Source: Azolla caroliniana
Lineage: Eukaryota > Plantae > Polypodiophyta
Direction: 5' to 3'
DNA: 64,000 bases
Assembly (NCBI GenBank): GCA_043228905.1
Contig: JBHGNT010000007.1
Span: 12,462,001-12,526,000 of the forward strand
A program made the translations under genes and the position numbers. The notes under the pieces are model-generated. The model did no database searches. It was given only the letters and a program-made list of their open reading frames with translations, and was not told where the DNA came from. Shown in pieces: positions 25,559-39,021 of this stretch (position 1 is the first letter of the stretch; every line of letters begins with the position of its first letter).

Positions 25559-28500
25559 CTACTTCAAAAGATTGCACTCTTGCAATATAAAGTGAGGAAA
25601 TTGTGCCTTAAGCAAATGCTCGCGTTCCCATGTGGCATCATCAATAGGTTTATCCATCCATTTGATCTTGAATAGCCGAATCTCTTTAGAACGTAAACGT
25701 TTAGTACGAGAATCAAGAATTTGTTCAGGAACATGAGGTTTGTAAGAAAAATCCTCTAATGTTACAAGATCTTGGATTGTGATGGTGTTATCACCAGAGC
25801 CTAAAAATGGTTTTAGACGACTGACGTGAAAAACAGGATGAATACCAACGTTACGAGGTAAGGCAAGGTGATAAGCAGATGACCCAACTCGCTTAAGGAT
25901 TTCAAATGGGCCACAATATCGTGGGGCTAACTTAGCGCACTTGCCCGTAGATAATGACGTAGAATCAGTCGGGACACGCAAAAAAACTTTTTGACCAATA
26001 GTAAATGCACGAGGACGTCTATCCTGATCAGCATAAAATCGAGCACGATCTTGAGCTGTCTTGACATTTTCTTTGGAAATATGCAACATTTGGTTCATGT
26101 CTTGCAAAAAATTGCGTGTACTGTCTAATGTATCACGATGAATCGTGACATCAACTGGGGCACGTGGCTGAAAACCATACATCAACATAAAAGGACTATA
26201 TCCAGTGGATGTATGTTTAGAGCTATTATAGGCAAATTCTAAGATAGGAAGGTATTGCTCCCACTTAGAAGGGTTTTTTGCTACATAAGCTCGAAGCATG
26301 TCCTCAATAATTTGATTAACTCGTTCAGTTTGTCCATCAGACTGAGGATGATCTGCGGAACTCATGCTCAACGTAGTTTCTAGTTTCTTAAAGACCTGAG
26401 TCCAAAAGTCACTAGTAAACTTGGAATCTCGATCACTAACAATATCTATCGGTAATCCATAAAAACGAAATAACTCATCAACAAATTGATAAGCCAACTG
26501 TTGAGCGGTTACCGTGGTTTTTGTAGGAATAAATCTAGCTAATTTTGTTAGCCTGTCAACGACAACCCATATGGCATCATGACCCCTCTGTGTACGAGGT
26601 AAACTAACAATAAAATCCATCGAGATACTTTCCCATTTATTGTTGGGAATATCTAAGGGATGTAAAAGACCAGCAGCTTTAAGTCGTTCCGACTTATTAA
26701 TCTGACATTGTAAGCATTGAGTTACGTATTTATGCACGTCAGAGCGCATCTTAGGCCAGAAAAAAGTACACGAGATGAGAACGAGTGTGCGTTGTATTCC
26801 AGGATGACCAGCAGATGGTGCATCATGACATTCATGAAAAATTTTCTGTTTAACATTTGGTAAATCTGGAACACAGACCTTTCCACTACGGTAGAGCAAA
26901 CCGTTTGTAATGTGAAAGGTCGCCTTCGAGGGTAGGGTGCTAGTATCGGCATCTAAACCAGATTCGGCTTTCGTCCAATATTTTGAGAAATAACTGTCAT
27001 CAAGGTATTTCCCTCGAAGGTGATCTAAAAGATCAGATTTTATTTCCGTGAAGCTAAGCATGTTAACTTCTTTAATGCGACTAAGAGCATCAGCAACGGT
27101 GTTCATAGAACCCTTGCGATATCGTATGGAAAAATCAAAATCTTGCATAAGGTCAGCCCAACGGCCTTTACGACCAACAAGATCGGGCTGGTCACAAAAA
27201 TACTTTAATGATTGATGGTCTGTTGTAACCACAAATTTATTTCCATAGAGATAGTGCCTCCATGTTTTAAGTGCGTGTATCACCGCAAACAACTCTTTCT
27301 CTTGAACCGAATACCGAGATTGAGCAGCATCAAGCTTCTTACTTTCAAAAGCAATAGGGTGACTACCTTGATAAAGAACGGCACCAATAGCATAATCACT
27401 AGCATCGGTTTCAATTGAGAAAGGCTTAGAAGGGTCTGGTAATAGAAGAGTGGGAGCCTGACACACATGCTCCTTGAGTGTCTCAAATGATTTGTCAAGT
27501 TGTTCATTCCATGAAATTGGTTTGACAGACTTACGTGGATGACCTTTTAAAAGGTCAGTTAATGGCGTAGTCAATTTGGAATAGTTACGAATTGATTTTC
27601 GTAAAAATCCAACAAACCCTAAGAATGATCTAAGTTCACGAATATTACGAGGAATGGGCCAAAGTTTAACCTTTTCAATACGAGAAGGTTCAATTTCAAC
27701 GCCATTTTCTGTAATTAAATGACCTAGGTACACAATAGATTTTTGGAAGAAGACACATTTTGAATGTTTTGCATAGAAAGAGTTGTCACGCAACTTTCGC
27801 AAAACAAATCGAACATGTTGAACATGATCTTGCAAGGTACGGCTATATATCAAAATATCATCCAAGAAGACGACAACAAAATCACAGAGTTGATCTCGGA
27901 AAACATCATTCATCGCTTGTTGGAATGTGGCTGGAACATTAGTCAACCCAAACGGCATGACTAAAAACTCATAATGGCCATAGCGCGTACGAAAAGCGGT
28001 TTTAGGAATATCATCCTCGGCAATGCGAATCTGATGATAACCAGTTCGTAAGTCAATTTTCGTAAAATATCGAGCCCCGTGCAAACGATCAATCAAATCA
28101 TCGGCACGAGGTAATGGATATGCATTCTTAATTGTCATTTTATTCAAACGGCGATAATTGATACACATTCGCCACGAACCTTCCTTCTTCTTGACTAATA
28201 GAACTGGCGCACCCCAAGGTGATTTACTATACCTAATGTGGCCCATACTCAAGTATTCCTTAAGTTGTTTAGCGATCTCATCCTCTTCTAATCGACTAAG
28301 TCGGTAAGGTGGAATGCTCACAGGAGCAGCCCCAGGGATGAGTTCAATTTGATGGTCCACATTACGTTTAGGTGGTAAAGTAAGCGGTAATTCAGTAGGA
28401 AACACATCTTGAAAATCCTCTAAAATAGAGTCGAGTAATCGTTGCTCAAAATGTGGTAATTGTGTGGCGTCAATATTAAAATAATAAAATTGAACCGCAG

Positions 28501-29960
28501 GATCAATTACACACGAATAAATTAATGAACTAGAATACTCACTTAAAGATTTAGAAGACACAAGTGAATGAGAAGGAAGTTTGGAACATTGAATAAAATG
28601 TTTACAATTATTAAGTTCAAATGTGATTGAGTGATTAACCCAATCAATGGACAAAGAAGGGTTTTTATTAAAAAACCAAGGATATCCTAAAATGACATCT
28701 GCGGATTGTAATTTCATAACATGAAAGTCAAGCTTCTCCAAATAAGTATCTATTTGAATTGGCAGTTGACAAACAATGCCACTGATGTATTGAACGTTTC
28801 CATTTGCCATGTGAACTTGATAGATATGATCACTTGCGTTTATGTGGAGCTCCATTTGCTGCACAAAGTGATCATTAAGAAAATTGTGAGAACTACCGGA
28901 ATCAAACAAGAAATGTGCTTGTGTTCCATTGATATATCCGACTGCTCGGAGTAAATCATTAGGTCCAAGTAAATGTGAAGGAAAAGTGCATTCACATAAA
29001 CTTAAGTGATTGGTATGAACTTCAACAATATCAAAAGACTCACCTGTGTGACTCGTCGATTTGTCTTGAGGAGGGGTGTTCATTGACTTCCTCTCAAGAC
29101 GACGACAGGTATCCTTTGTGTGGCCCCGCTTCTTGCAATATGCACAGAAGAGGTTCGGTTTCTTTGAGTCGCGGTCAAGAGTGTCACTGGATTGCTTACG
29201 TTTCCCAATGAACTTGACATTTGTAGTTTTGGCGAACTCAGGTTTATTGTGGTCTTTCTTGGAAGTCCTATGGTATCGCAGCACAATGTTGACGGCTTCC
29301 TCGAAAGTTGTGGGGTCCTTGTCATGGACAATCCAATGATAATCCCCATTGGGAATACCATTCAAAAAACAAGCGACAAACCATTTCTCACCCGTAAGTC
29401 CCGATTTTTGGATCTGGGTCCGAGCGTGATGCACATAATCCTCGAGAGAGGTAAATGGCTTACTAGACAATGTGAGCAAGTGTTGCGCTTGTTCGGTTTG
29501 AGAAGGTGGCTGCAAGAATTGTTTCTTAAAACATCAATGAAACCTTCCCAAGTTGTGGGTAAGTTTTTTGCGGTCCTTAGGCCACGCCACCAAGCAGCAG
29601 CTCGGCCACCTAACTCACGACCGACATAACCAATTTTTACTGCATCGGGCTTGGGATGAAGCTCAAAGTGAGACTCCCAACGACCAAGCCAAGTGCTAAT
29701 GGCCTCCTCGGTTCTTTCTTTCTTATCTCCCTTGAAGGCGTGACTACGAAGGAAGGTTCACCTTCTTTCTTGGACTCAATAGTTAATTCTTGGAATTTCT
29801 TTTCCAATGCCATATTGGCCTGTCTCATTTCGGCCAATTGATTCAAGGTAGTAGTGAGCAATTGCTCAATAGTGATCTCAGCTTGTGTGCGAGATGCGGA
29901 TTGGGGTTGAGAGGTCTCATTTGGAGAGATCGTTCCAACTGCGTTCAAAACTTGTTCCAT
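25559..29960 (-). CDS. gag-pol: Gag-Pol of E (CCHC, PR, RT, RH, INT, chromodomain); two 1-bp frameshifts in gag (~29738, ~29530)
   Basis: A 1318-aa open frame with CAYCKKRGHTKDTC, LFDSGSSHNF, VFLDDILIYS, ETDASDYAIG, ISMDFI, YCGPF and PEQILD..IKW..DATWE. Upstream gag lies in two other frames. Confidence 0.93.
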
Positions 29961-30954
29961 GATGCACGCTGTGGGTATGCAATAAAATAAGGAGGTTCAG
30001 AAAATACACAAGCAAAATGAATGCTTGAAATTTTGATTGAAAGAACTTTATCCAAGAAAGTATCTCATGTCTTTACCCCTCTAGACATATGAGATGTGAT
30101 TCGAGATCCGATAACTATGGTAACACTATGGTGTTTTAAAAACCATGGGGGAAAACATAGCTAAGATGTATTTCTCGGATCTCTATCTTGAGTAATCATG
30201 GCGGCTCCCCGAGGCTCAACCATGGTTCTTACATCAATGAAATTTCCTAGATAGCCTTATATTAATGCCAACCCATCATGTATTATATGGTCGAGAAAGT
30301 GTATTACGTGAAAAAACAAGTGCACTCACAAGTAATATTCTAGTCTTGCGAGCAATAAGCAAACGTGATGATAAAATGATAAAATAAGGCACTACTCATA
30401 AGAGTTAAGTAGTGACGAAAACAAGGGTAAAAAAAAGAACCCATGTGTTACCTACGAAAAAAACAATGTCACAAATAAATGGGAAGTGCAAGGTATGCAC
30501 TTATACATCCCAATATGATTGTTATAACTTGCACAATTGTGACATAAGCCACAAATTGATACAAGTGATGACGGTGTTGTGCGCAAAGATGTAATACTCA
30601 AATCCATGAGTAAAACATCAATAAGGGAACTCATATGGTTTTACTCGTTTTCTAAGGCTTGATGATAAGAGTTAAACCTAGATGACCCGTTGAAAAAAAA
30701 AAAAATCGTTCAACAAGCCACTCCATACGAAAAAAATAGTCTACACGTAAAGGTTACATTAAAAATAAACGATGTAAATACTTTATACATGAAAAGGAAG
30801 TGGAAAAAGGAGAGTTAATTGTGGGCGGGTAAATAATAATTACTAGAAAATCATATAAGTGAAACAATACTTATGAAATTAAAATTTAATTAGAATAATC
30901 AACAATTAGGTGTATGAAATCAAACATGCCCTAAGATACGAAACCCTAGGGTAG

Positions 30955-31375
30955 TTGACATGCACCTCCTCAAGACCACCACATATCCCTAGAATCGGCC
31001 AAGTAATGGCTAATTAAAGAGGAAAGTGGCATAGGTAAGTGACATATACCTCCGTCAAGGCCACATCATCCCTTAGAATCGGCCAATTGATGGCTAATTA
31101 AAAAGGAAAGTGGCATATGTAAGCTACATATACCTTGTCAAGGCCACAACATCCCATAGAATCGGCCAATTGATGGCTAATTAAAAAGGAAAGTGGCATA
31201 TGTAAGCTACATATACCTTGTCAAGGCCACAACATCCCATAGAATCGGCCAATTGATGGCTTAATAGAGAGTAGAGTGGCATAGGTAGGCAACATACACC
31301 TCGTCAAGGCCACATCATCCCTTAGAATCGGCCAAGTGATGGCTCAATAGAGGGGAAGAGTGGTATACTCAACAT
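30955..31375. repeat. ~83-88-bp tandem repeat (5 copies) in the 1.8-kb 5' leader of E
   Basis: Unit TCAAGGCCACA(T/A)CATCCC(T/A)TAGAATCGGCCAA...AAAGTGGCATA. Confidence 0.9.
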
Positions 31376-33292
31376 CATATGCAAAACGGCCATGAGATAA
31401 GCGTGTGCGATTAGAGCAAACACGCTCGACCCAATGCACAAAAATAATTATTATCGTAAGAGTTCAAGAGAGGAGAGAGTGGGATATATATCGTAATATG
31501 CAAAAGGCCATGAGTTGAGCGTGTGCGATTAGTGCAAACACGCTCGGCCCGATGCATAATAATAAGTAAAATCGTAGCGTAGTAGGAGGTAGAAAGAAAG
31601 AGAATAAAACGTAATACCAATTTGATTCGACCATAAAGAACGCATAATAGAAAAAGAGAAGAGATCAAAAAAGAAGAATACCGGGTTTAGAGTGTTGTTT
31701 TGATCCTGAGAAGAGCATGACGAGCCTTGTTAGATCCCCCTCGCTCACACGCAAAAAACATCAAAACAACAAAAAAAATTGTTAGTAAAAGCTCTGATAC
31801 CACTGTTAAGAGTCTATTACTAATCAATAGACCAAATCAAGTAAAAAGGAAGAAAATAGATTGGATAGAAGAACCCGTTCCACCCGACCACCCCCGAGCT
31901 ATGATCTAGACATAGCCAACCTACCACCGACGTCCCATACCGCCGGATATTAGGATGACTAATACCTTGGAAGAGATAAACACGATCGTCGAGACGAAAG
32001 CCTAGCCCGCACCACCGGTGTCTACGACAGCAGCCTTCCGACGTGGTCCTTATGAGGGTAGCTAAGCCTCATATTTATACCTTTTCCTAGGCCCCTTGAA
32101 TAGATGTGTCTTTCTAAAAGGCTCTCTATTCATTGGTTGTCTAAATCATGATAGTGCATGCACATATCATTCATTCTATCCAATCATTAGTCCCCTTTTT
32201 AATAATAGTGAACATACCCTTCACTAATGTAAATATTAGTGACCTACCCTCACCAACGTTATGTGTACATAACAGTAGCCACGGATTACTGTACCAAATG
32301 GGTAGAAGCAAAGGCACTATGGGAAAATACGACGGCCGTCACAGCCAAATTTCTGTACGAGCACATCTATGCCGGTTCGGCTACCCGATTGAGCTCATCA
32401 GTGACCAGGGGAGCCACTTCCTCAATATGGTGGTTCGGGAACTAACACGGCATTACACAGTCATCCACAAGAAAAGCACGCCATACTACCCGCAGGCGAA
32501 TGGATTAGCGGAATCCACGAACAAAACTTTATAGACCATTTTAAAGAAAACCGTCAATGAAAACAGAACGGACTGGGATACCAAACTCCAGAGTGTGTTA
32601 TGGGCGTACAGAACTAGTTACAAAACAAGCATACGGTCAACACCATTCTGGCTAGCGTTTGGACTAGAAGCGGTAATGCCGGTCGAATTTCAGGTACCTA
32701 GTTTGCGCATTCAGATACAGAACCGATTATCAGAAGCCAAGTCAGAGGAGGAACGGCTCTACCAACTCCTCGAACTAGGGGAGAAACGCGTCCACAACAT
32801 GGTTGTGTTGGAAGAAGAACAGCGACGGCGTAAAGCATTTGTCGATCAACATCAGAGCGCAAGGGAAAAGGAGTTCGTCGTGGGCCGAGCGGTGCTAGTT
32901 TTTCAAACGCGCATGGGCCAGATGCCCGGTAAGCTACGTTTCCGTTGGACCGGCCCATTCTGAATAATTGGAGCGGAACAGGGCACGTTCCAACTAGGAA
33001 CACTGGCTGGAGAAATAGTACGGCAAAAAGTGAATGGGTTTCGGCTCAAACCTTACCTGGGCCCTACACCACCTAACCCATTCACCGCTGAACGGGACAA
33101 AGCCAGAGAACCCACAGCGTAAAAGGACAGGCCCAATTGTACTATAATGTAAAAATAGGGGGTAACTAACCGTTAGAAAAAAAAAAAGAAAAAAAAAAAA
33201 GAAAAAAAAAGAAAAAAAAGAGAGAAGATAGCGACTGTTAAAACGACTAAAGGCATGCACAAACTCCTAGTTCAAGAACATGCGGCACCACG

Positions 33293-35960
33293 ATGGCTCA
33301 CCGCCCAATGAACCCTAAGCCACAAAAAGAAGGAAATAGAAGGTTTTCTACACAAAGCAGAAACACAGAGTCTAGCTATCAGCACTCCCATCGCTCCTCC
33401 TCACCTCCTTCCCCATCACATCTCAGAGCTCCAACTCACCACTGCTACCCATCGCCTCTCCACGAACCGACTCTGGCAATGCCAATCTTCATCTCTACTG
33501 CCCTACGCCGATGGCTCGTGGAGAAGCGCCTGGATGGTTATATTCAGGTCGCAGAAGCACCTCCGCACCCGGACGCCATGGACATTGCCAGGCGGCTTAA
33601 CATCGACACGGTCACAAACTCTTCCATTCGGAAGAAGTTAGACCTATCCTCACTAGGCGAAAGACATTTCGAAATACCTCCTACAGAGGCGCTGCAGCGG
33701 TATTTTGGCCCATACTCATCCTCCGCCAAAACCTATAGAACAAAACAGATTCTGGATCCCTTCTTCCGTGAAGTTTCCAAGTTCCTACTGGAAGTAGACT
33801 GCGTCCATGTCAACGCTTACGGGATGCCTAAACAGAAGGCGGGCATCATTATCGACACCTTTGAGGGGCGTACAGTCGACTGGGGGGTCATCACAAGGCC
33901 AGCGTTAAGGGAAGGCTTGCATGCGTACCAAGCAGGCAAAAAGCTCAGGCCAATCATCCAACAATACCTTACGGTACTGTTTCCACCCCGAGGCCTACCA
34001 ACACCACAGCCCAGCCAACCCACGGCCCCGCCCCGCTCCGCGAAACAAAGGTTAGCGGAGTTAGCGGCCCCAGAGTGGGAGGAGGAACCCCAACCGGCCC
34101 AACCAGACCCAAGAACAACACCTCCTACCGACCAACCGGATACACGGGCGATGCAGGAGGAACAGCCGAGACACCCCATGGGGGCAGCCCCAGAACCAGA
34201 CACCAAAGCACGGGGGGAAAGCCCTAGACCCAAACGACGCAGATTGGACAGAAAGGATGGGCGGGAGTTGGTAAAAAACGCCCCCACAAATCCGGAGGCA
34301 CCGACCGCAAGCGAAGGCCCCGCAACAGTAGAGCCGAATACCACCTTCGAAATCATCCGGGAGCCGTGGCCGATTATTACAAATCAGTCCCAGCGAGGGA
34401 AAGTCGTATTGACGGCGGAAAGCGAGGTTTTGGCATATCCGGATATTCCGGATACGGCCCACGAATTCAACGCCCTCTTGCAGTTCGGTACCTCTTTCGA
34501 GCTCATGGAGTTCCTAGCAACACAACAGGTCAAAGCCGCCCAACGCATGGCTGAGGAGCATGCGGAACGACAAATGATAGAGCGCACCCTAACACAAACA
34601 ACAAAGAGCAACGATGAGGACCAGCTAGCCAGGTCGGTAGACAGAGGAACACTGGGGTACGGCGAGTAGGGATGGAGATACCACCCTTAAACACGGCCCT
34701 AGTCGAAGTCCATCAGGAACTGACAAAGGTCAGCACGGGCACCAAGGAGATGGCCATAAAAAATAAGAATATCTAGAAGAAGGTTAAACTGACCGAAGCT
34801 GAACTACAAAAGGCCAATGCACGCATCACTGAGTTAGAAGCTCGACTACTGCGCAACACGAAACCCCGCCACCAAACCACGTTATCGACGCTCTCAAAGA
34901 AGAAATCGAGGCTCAGACTGCCATCGCCTCAAAAGAGAAAAGGGTCGTGCAGCTAGCGGAATTCGAAATTGACCGTCTTCGGGCAGAGCTACGCCAATCC
35001 TCCGACAGAGAAAAGGAGATACCGGTTAACGGATGAAAGGCCATAAAAACGCTTGAAGAGAAACTAGCTACAGAGGTGGCTCAGCACATCCGGACAAAAT
35101 ATGACAACGCCCAATTACGAGAGGACGCGAAGAAATCAAAGGCGGCAATAGCGGGACTCCAGGCCTTATTGAAGAAAAAGAAGGTATGGTTCGATGAACA
35201 GTTGGTAGTCGAACAAGACAGAAGGCATCAACTCAAAATACGCCTAAACAATGAAATGGGGAAATTAGAAAAACAGCATGAAAAGGAATCCCAGCTGTGG
35301 GCGGGCCTGAAGGCCACGTATGAGGAAGCAGCAGCCATTAAACAACAGGAACTCGCGAATCTCCAGAAGTCGATGGAAGACGCACGCAACCACTGTCAGG
35401 CCATCACAGATAACGTGCGCATCCTTCTCCAAACCAACCGGGAAACGTTCACAGCGCAATTGAAAACGGTGCTGGACAAAGAATGGATGGCGTGGGCAAC
35501 CCAAGCAGTGGAATTGCACGCATATCATGCGGACTGGGAGAACCGGCGGAAAGATGGCCGAGGGTTTTATAAGCTAAACGAGGAGAGCATTGCAACCGTA
35601 CGGGAGGACCTAGCGCAAGACTATCGCGCGTTAGCAGACCAACACTCCAAAGAACTTGCACAACTCCTAGATGATTTTGGTGAAAGTCAGGAGGAGCTAT
35701 TTCACCAGATCACACAAACCGGCAACACGCACACAAACAAGGAACCCACCGAGACACCAATTCCGGTCATAGCCGAAGAAGAGGAACCTCAAGTCCGAGC
35801 ACCAGCGAGGACAATGGGGGAGAATAGCGGGGACAAACGAGCAAAGTTCCCCACAAGACCAGACAGCGAAACCAGTAACCAACAAAAGGTCCAGCCAACA
35901 CCGTCTTCAGAAAATGCGGAAAATAGTGCGGACCAGGCGGAATCCCCGCCCCACGGCTAG
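33293..35960 (+). pseudogene. Extra 3' ORF of element B (~890 codons, frameshifted), globular N-domain plus long coiled coil
   Basis: ORFs 33293-34669 and 35076-35960 are linked by a degraded region that is open in element A. Confidence 0.8.
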
Positions 35961-36279
35961 GGACACACAAAAACGACCTACACCGCGGAGGACGTAACAA
36001 TAGAGGCGGAGCAGCAGCCGACTGCAAGCACGCAACGGCGGAGCCCAGCCCACGAACTCAAGAAGAGCCCACCGTACCCGGACCACCCGCACACGGCGAA
36101 GGCGACTCCGGGAGAAACCAGACCAACCAAGTAGAGGAGCCGCACCACGATGCACCTACGGGCCCTACATCAACTCCGGCCGAGGACACCACAAAAGAGC
36201 CGAACATCCGGGGCATTTTGGAAGAAGATTAACGGGATGGGTCCGACGTGCAAAGGCACTGTCCCATAGGCGTGCCAGG

Positions 36280-36721
36280 TGTTGTCCGCCAGAATAGTAA
36301 TCGACGGCCAAAAGCATAGGAATAAGAAACTATATAAAGCGTAACGTATGTAACGGTTCACGCAGGGATGCGTAAACGGCTAATTAGACCCTGCATATAT
36401 AAAGGGCAGAAAACCTCTTAAGGAGGTGCGTGTAAATTTTGGGAAATGTAAAAGAACGCCTGATAATAGAATACTATCTTCTCTGAGTTTCTATGTATAG
36501 CTACGGCTAATTCAGTGTATGTGTCTCGGATACGTTATCGTAGTAGTACGTAAGCGCAACTTGTGATAAGGAGTCGGTTGTAGCCGTCTTCCCTTACACA
36601 CGGAGGAATCACAGAGGTTCTCTCCTTACGTAGTACGATTAAGATTTGTTCGTTGTTCCACACCCACCTTGGGGTCTAGGTCGAAGGACTGACCACGGAC
36701 CGTGTTTCCTAAGAGGCAACA
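36280..36721 (+). repeat. 3' LTR of element B
   Basis: Direct repeat of 7742-8183, followed by TSD CGGAC. Confidence 0.95.
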
Positions 36722-37523
36722 CGGACAGCAATGGAACCAGCTTGGGATGCGAACCGAACCGGCGATAGAACCGGCATTTGATGACCGGCAACCGGCAACC
36801 GACCGATGTCGGCAAACCCGGTTACTAGCATCCGGCGACCTTGGGATGCCGACCGAACCGGACTAGACCAAACGGATGCAAATCGGACGGATCGATCGGG
36901 TCAGTTGATCGTTGTGCATGGTGGTTTAAAGATATTTGGTCCAAAAGCCTAATAGTATTTTGTGCTTTAAAAGGGATGTAAGCAAGACTTGAACCTTGCA
37001 TCTCCAAGATAGAAAGCAATATACTTACCACTAAGCCAAGTCATTTCCTTAAAGGTATATTTTTATCATTATAGTTTTATTTGAAAATTCTCATATGAGA
37101 GCTTAAATGAGTGACATGGTTATCATGCATCACATGTAACGCATGAGCGCCAAATGGCATACATGCATCATGGATTTTATGTATGTCTTGTACCCCAGAT
37201 GCATCATATGCATGGGGGCATCTATAAAAGAGTGGATGAAAAAGAGAAAAAGAGAAAGAGAGGATGGATGATTCAAGAATTTAAGAAGAAGAAAATTCGT
37301 AATCCAATTGATGGTGTATCTTGTTTGTTAAGTCTAAAGTCAAGGATTCAATCTAAATCTCTCCCTCTATCTCTCTCTTGCCATATCAATCTCTCTCTTT
37401 CAATCTATCTTAATTCCTTTCTTGCTAAAAGCTAGTGCAAACTTCGAGTCCTTCCGGTCCAGAACCCTGGCAGTTCCACCTCACGATCCGCACATAATGG
37501 CGGATCTTCACAACATAATTAAG

Positions 37524-37541
37524 TGGTGAACCCGACGTGAA
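37524..37541 (+). promoter_or_regulatory. tRNA-Trp primer-binding site of C (TGGTGAACCCGACGTGAA)
   Basis: Complementary to the plant tRNA-Trp 3' end (TTCACGTCGGGTTCACCA). A variant with one mismatch follows the 5' LTR of F at 47796. Confidence 0.85.
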
Positions 37542-38616
37542 GGAGGCGGTAGGAAGGATCAAGTCGAGGATCAACCGAGACTTGGAGATGGCGTCCTCAA
37601 GCAATCAAACGGGAGAGTTCGAAAGGATGATGATAATCGTTGAACAAATGATGAGATCTCGAGACAACGATGCGAGCGTGGAGAAGGTTGTCGACCGTGT
37701 CGTTGAGCTCGAGGATCAATTTGACGGAAGGAACATTACGAAGTTCCTTGATGCATATAGAAGGGAGATGAATCAAAGGGACGTGTCTGAAGCACGTCAA
37801 ATCGCAAGTTTCAAGAGAGTCGTCGGGAACAACGTCCAAAGGAGCGTCGTTGAGCTTCAAGAAGGGAAGACAACATGGTCCATGTTCGAGAAAGCGATAC
37901 TATTGGAGTTCGCGACGGAAGATTTGTCGAGGATGACTCAACATGCCTTGATGAAGTGGATAGAGAAGAAAAATAAGAAGATGAGTGCCTCGAGGGTGTA
38001 CGATGAATTCGACCAAATGTTTCGTCGTCTCCCCGCCACAAACCAAGTGCTACTTGAGGAGGACAAATCTTTGTACTTCCTAAAGGTTGTGGATATGATG
38101 GATTGACGAGAACTGGGTACTCTCCTCGAAGATGATACCCAAGAGAACAAGCTTGTGGCGGAGTGGGTTGTGGTGAAGCGAACAAAGCAGCCCGGAAGAA
38201 AAGAAGATTGATGACGATATCATCGAAGAGCTAGCAAAGAAGTTCGAGATGGTCACGCTAGACAACATGAATCATCGGGGGCCCAAAGGAAAATAACCCT
38301 TTAGATGTGTGTGGTGCGATAGCATGGACCACATGAGAAGAGATTGTTCGAGCCTTCAAGACGCCATTCAACAAAATATCGTGTGCATGGATGGCAACAT
38401 GATCTACTCGACTGAGACTAGGAGACCCCTGCGAGTGAATTTCGGAAGAGGGGGAATGAAGAAAGCTATGGAGGATGTCGAGGCGACTCATGTGGATGCG
38501 ATGCACTATGCTGCGTTGGGCGGAATAAGAGTCGGGAAAGACAAAAATGAAGCTACGAAAGTGGGGGCAAAGTTTTGGTCTTTCGTTCTCGAGTATGAGA
38601 AGATGGGGAAGGTCAC

Positions 38617-39021
38617 TGTCAGGAATAGTACTAAACCGAGAGAGAATTAGTACTAAACAGAGAGAGAATTAGTACGAGAGAAGGGAAGTACTATTAGTAC
38701 TAAGAGGAAGAGAGAAGAGGAGAGAGAGAGAGAGATGATGATAACAGATTTTATATTATAAGAAGAGTAAGTACAAAAGGGCTATGAGGCTAAAGACTGG
38801 CGTTGAACCAATTTGGTTCAACATAATGCCTAGTGCCCTCTTTTATAGTGTTCTCAAGAGTAATCCTGAAGCTTCTAGAATGTTCCAGAGAAATCTGGAA
38901 TATACATTAATTTCCTATATAAAATGTAAATGAAAATAATATTACAATAGATGATATAATGGTCAAGAGCTTGACCCATATAACCTAAGGTCATGGGTTC
39001 GAGTCTTGCCATATCATGACA
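38617..39021 (-). mobile_element. Solo LTR (405 bp) related to the LTR of element D
   Basis: TG...CA with TSD GTCAC. Its reverse complement shares TGTCATGATAT and GGTTCAACGCCAGTC with 54324-54761. Confidence 0.92.

Larger units (their letters stand above)
25081..32274 (-). mobile_element. Young chromovirus (Ty3/Gypsy) element E
   Basis: 471-bp LTRs at 25081-25551 and 31804-32274 (one mismatch found by eye), TSD GTAGC, tRNA-iMet PBS TGGTATCAGAGC (31791-31802), PPT GAAGTAGGGGAGTA. Confidence 0.97.
21236..33122 (+). pseudogene. pol: Element B gag C-terminus and pol (CCHC, PR, RT, RH, INT), interrupted by element E
   Basis: Motifs CFICQQPRHYATQC, VINGGSGVNVI, QVFLDDF, FVDASD and WGLDFVGP. The integrase YILVA|TDYCTKW is split by E. 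Confidence 0.92.
7742..36721 (+). mobile_element. Ty3/Gypsy element B (Athila-like non-chromovirus with extra 3' ORF)
   Basis: 442-bp LTRs at 7742-8183 and 36280-36721 (about 14 mismatches by eye), 5-bp TSD CGGAC (7737-7741 / 36722-36726), gag-pol plus extra ORF. Confidence 0.95.

Noticed and set aside
33293-35960. Retroviral-type env gene
   Set aside because: There is no evident signal peptide or transmembrane segment, and it has an NLS-like motif and a coiled coil.
37154-37435. 93-aa ORF repeated at 45552-45833
   Set aside because: It lies across the TATA/R region of the C LTRs; the duplication is explained by the LTR pair.
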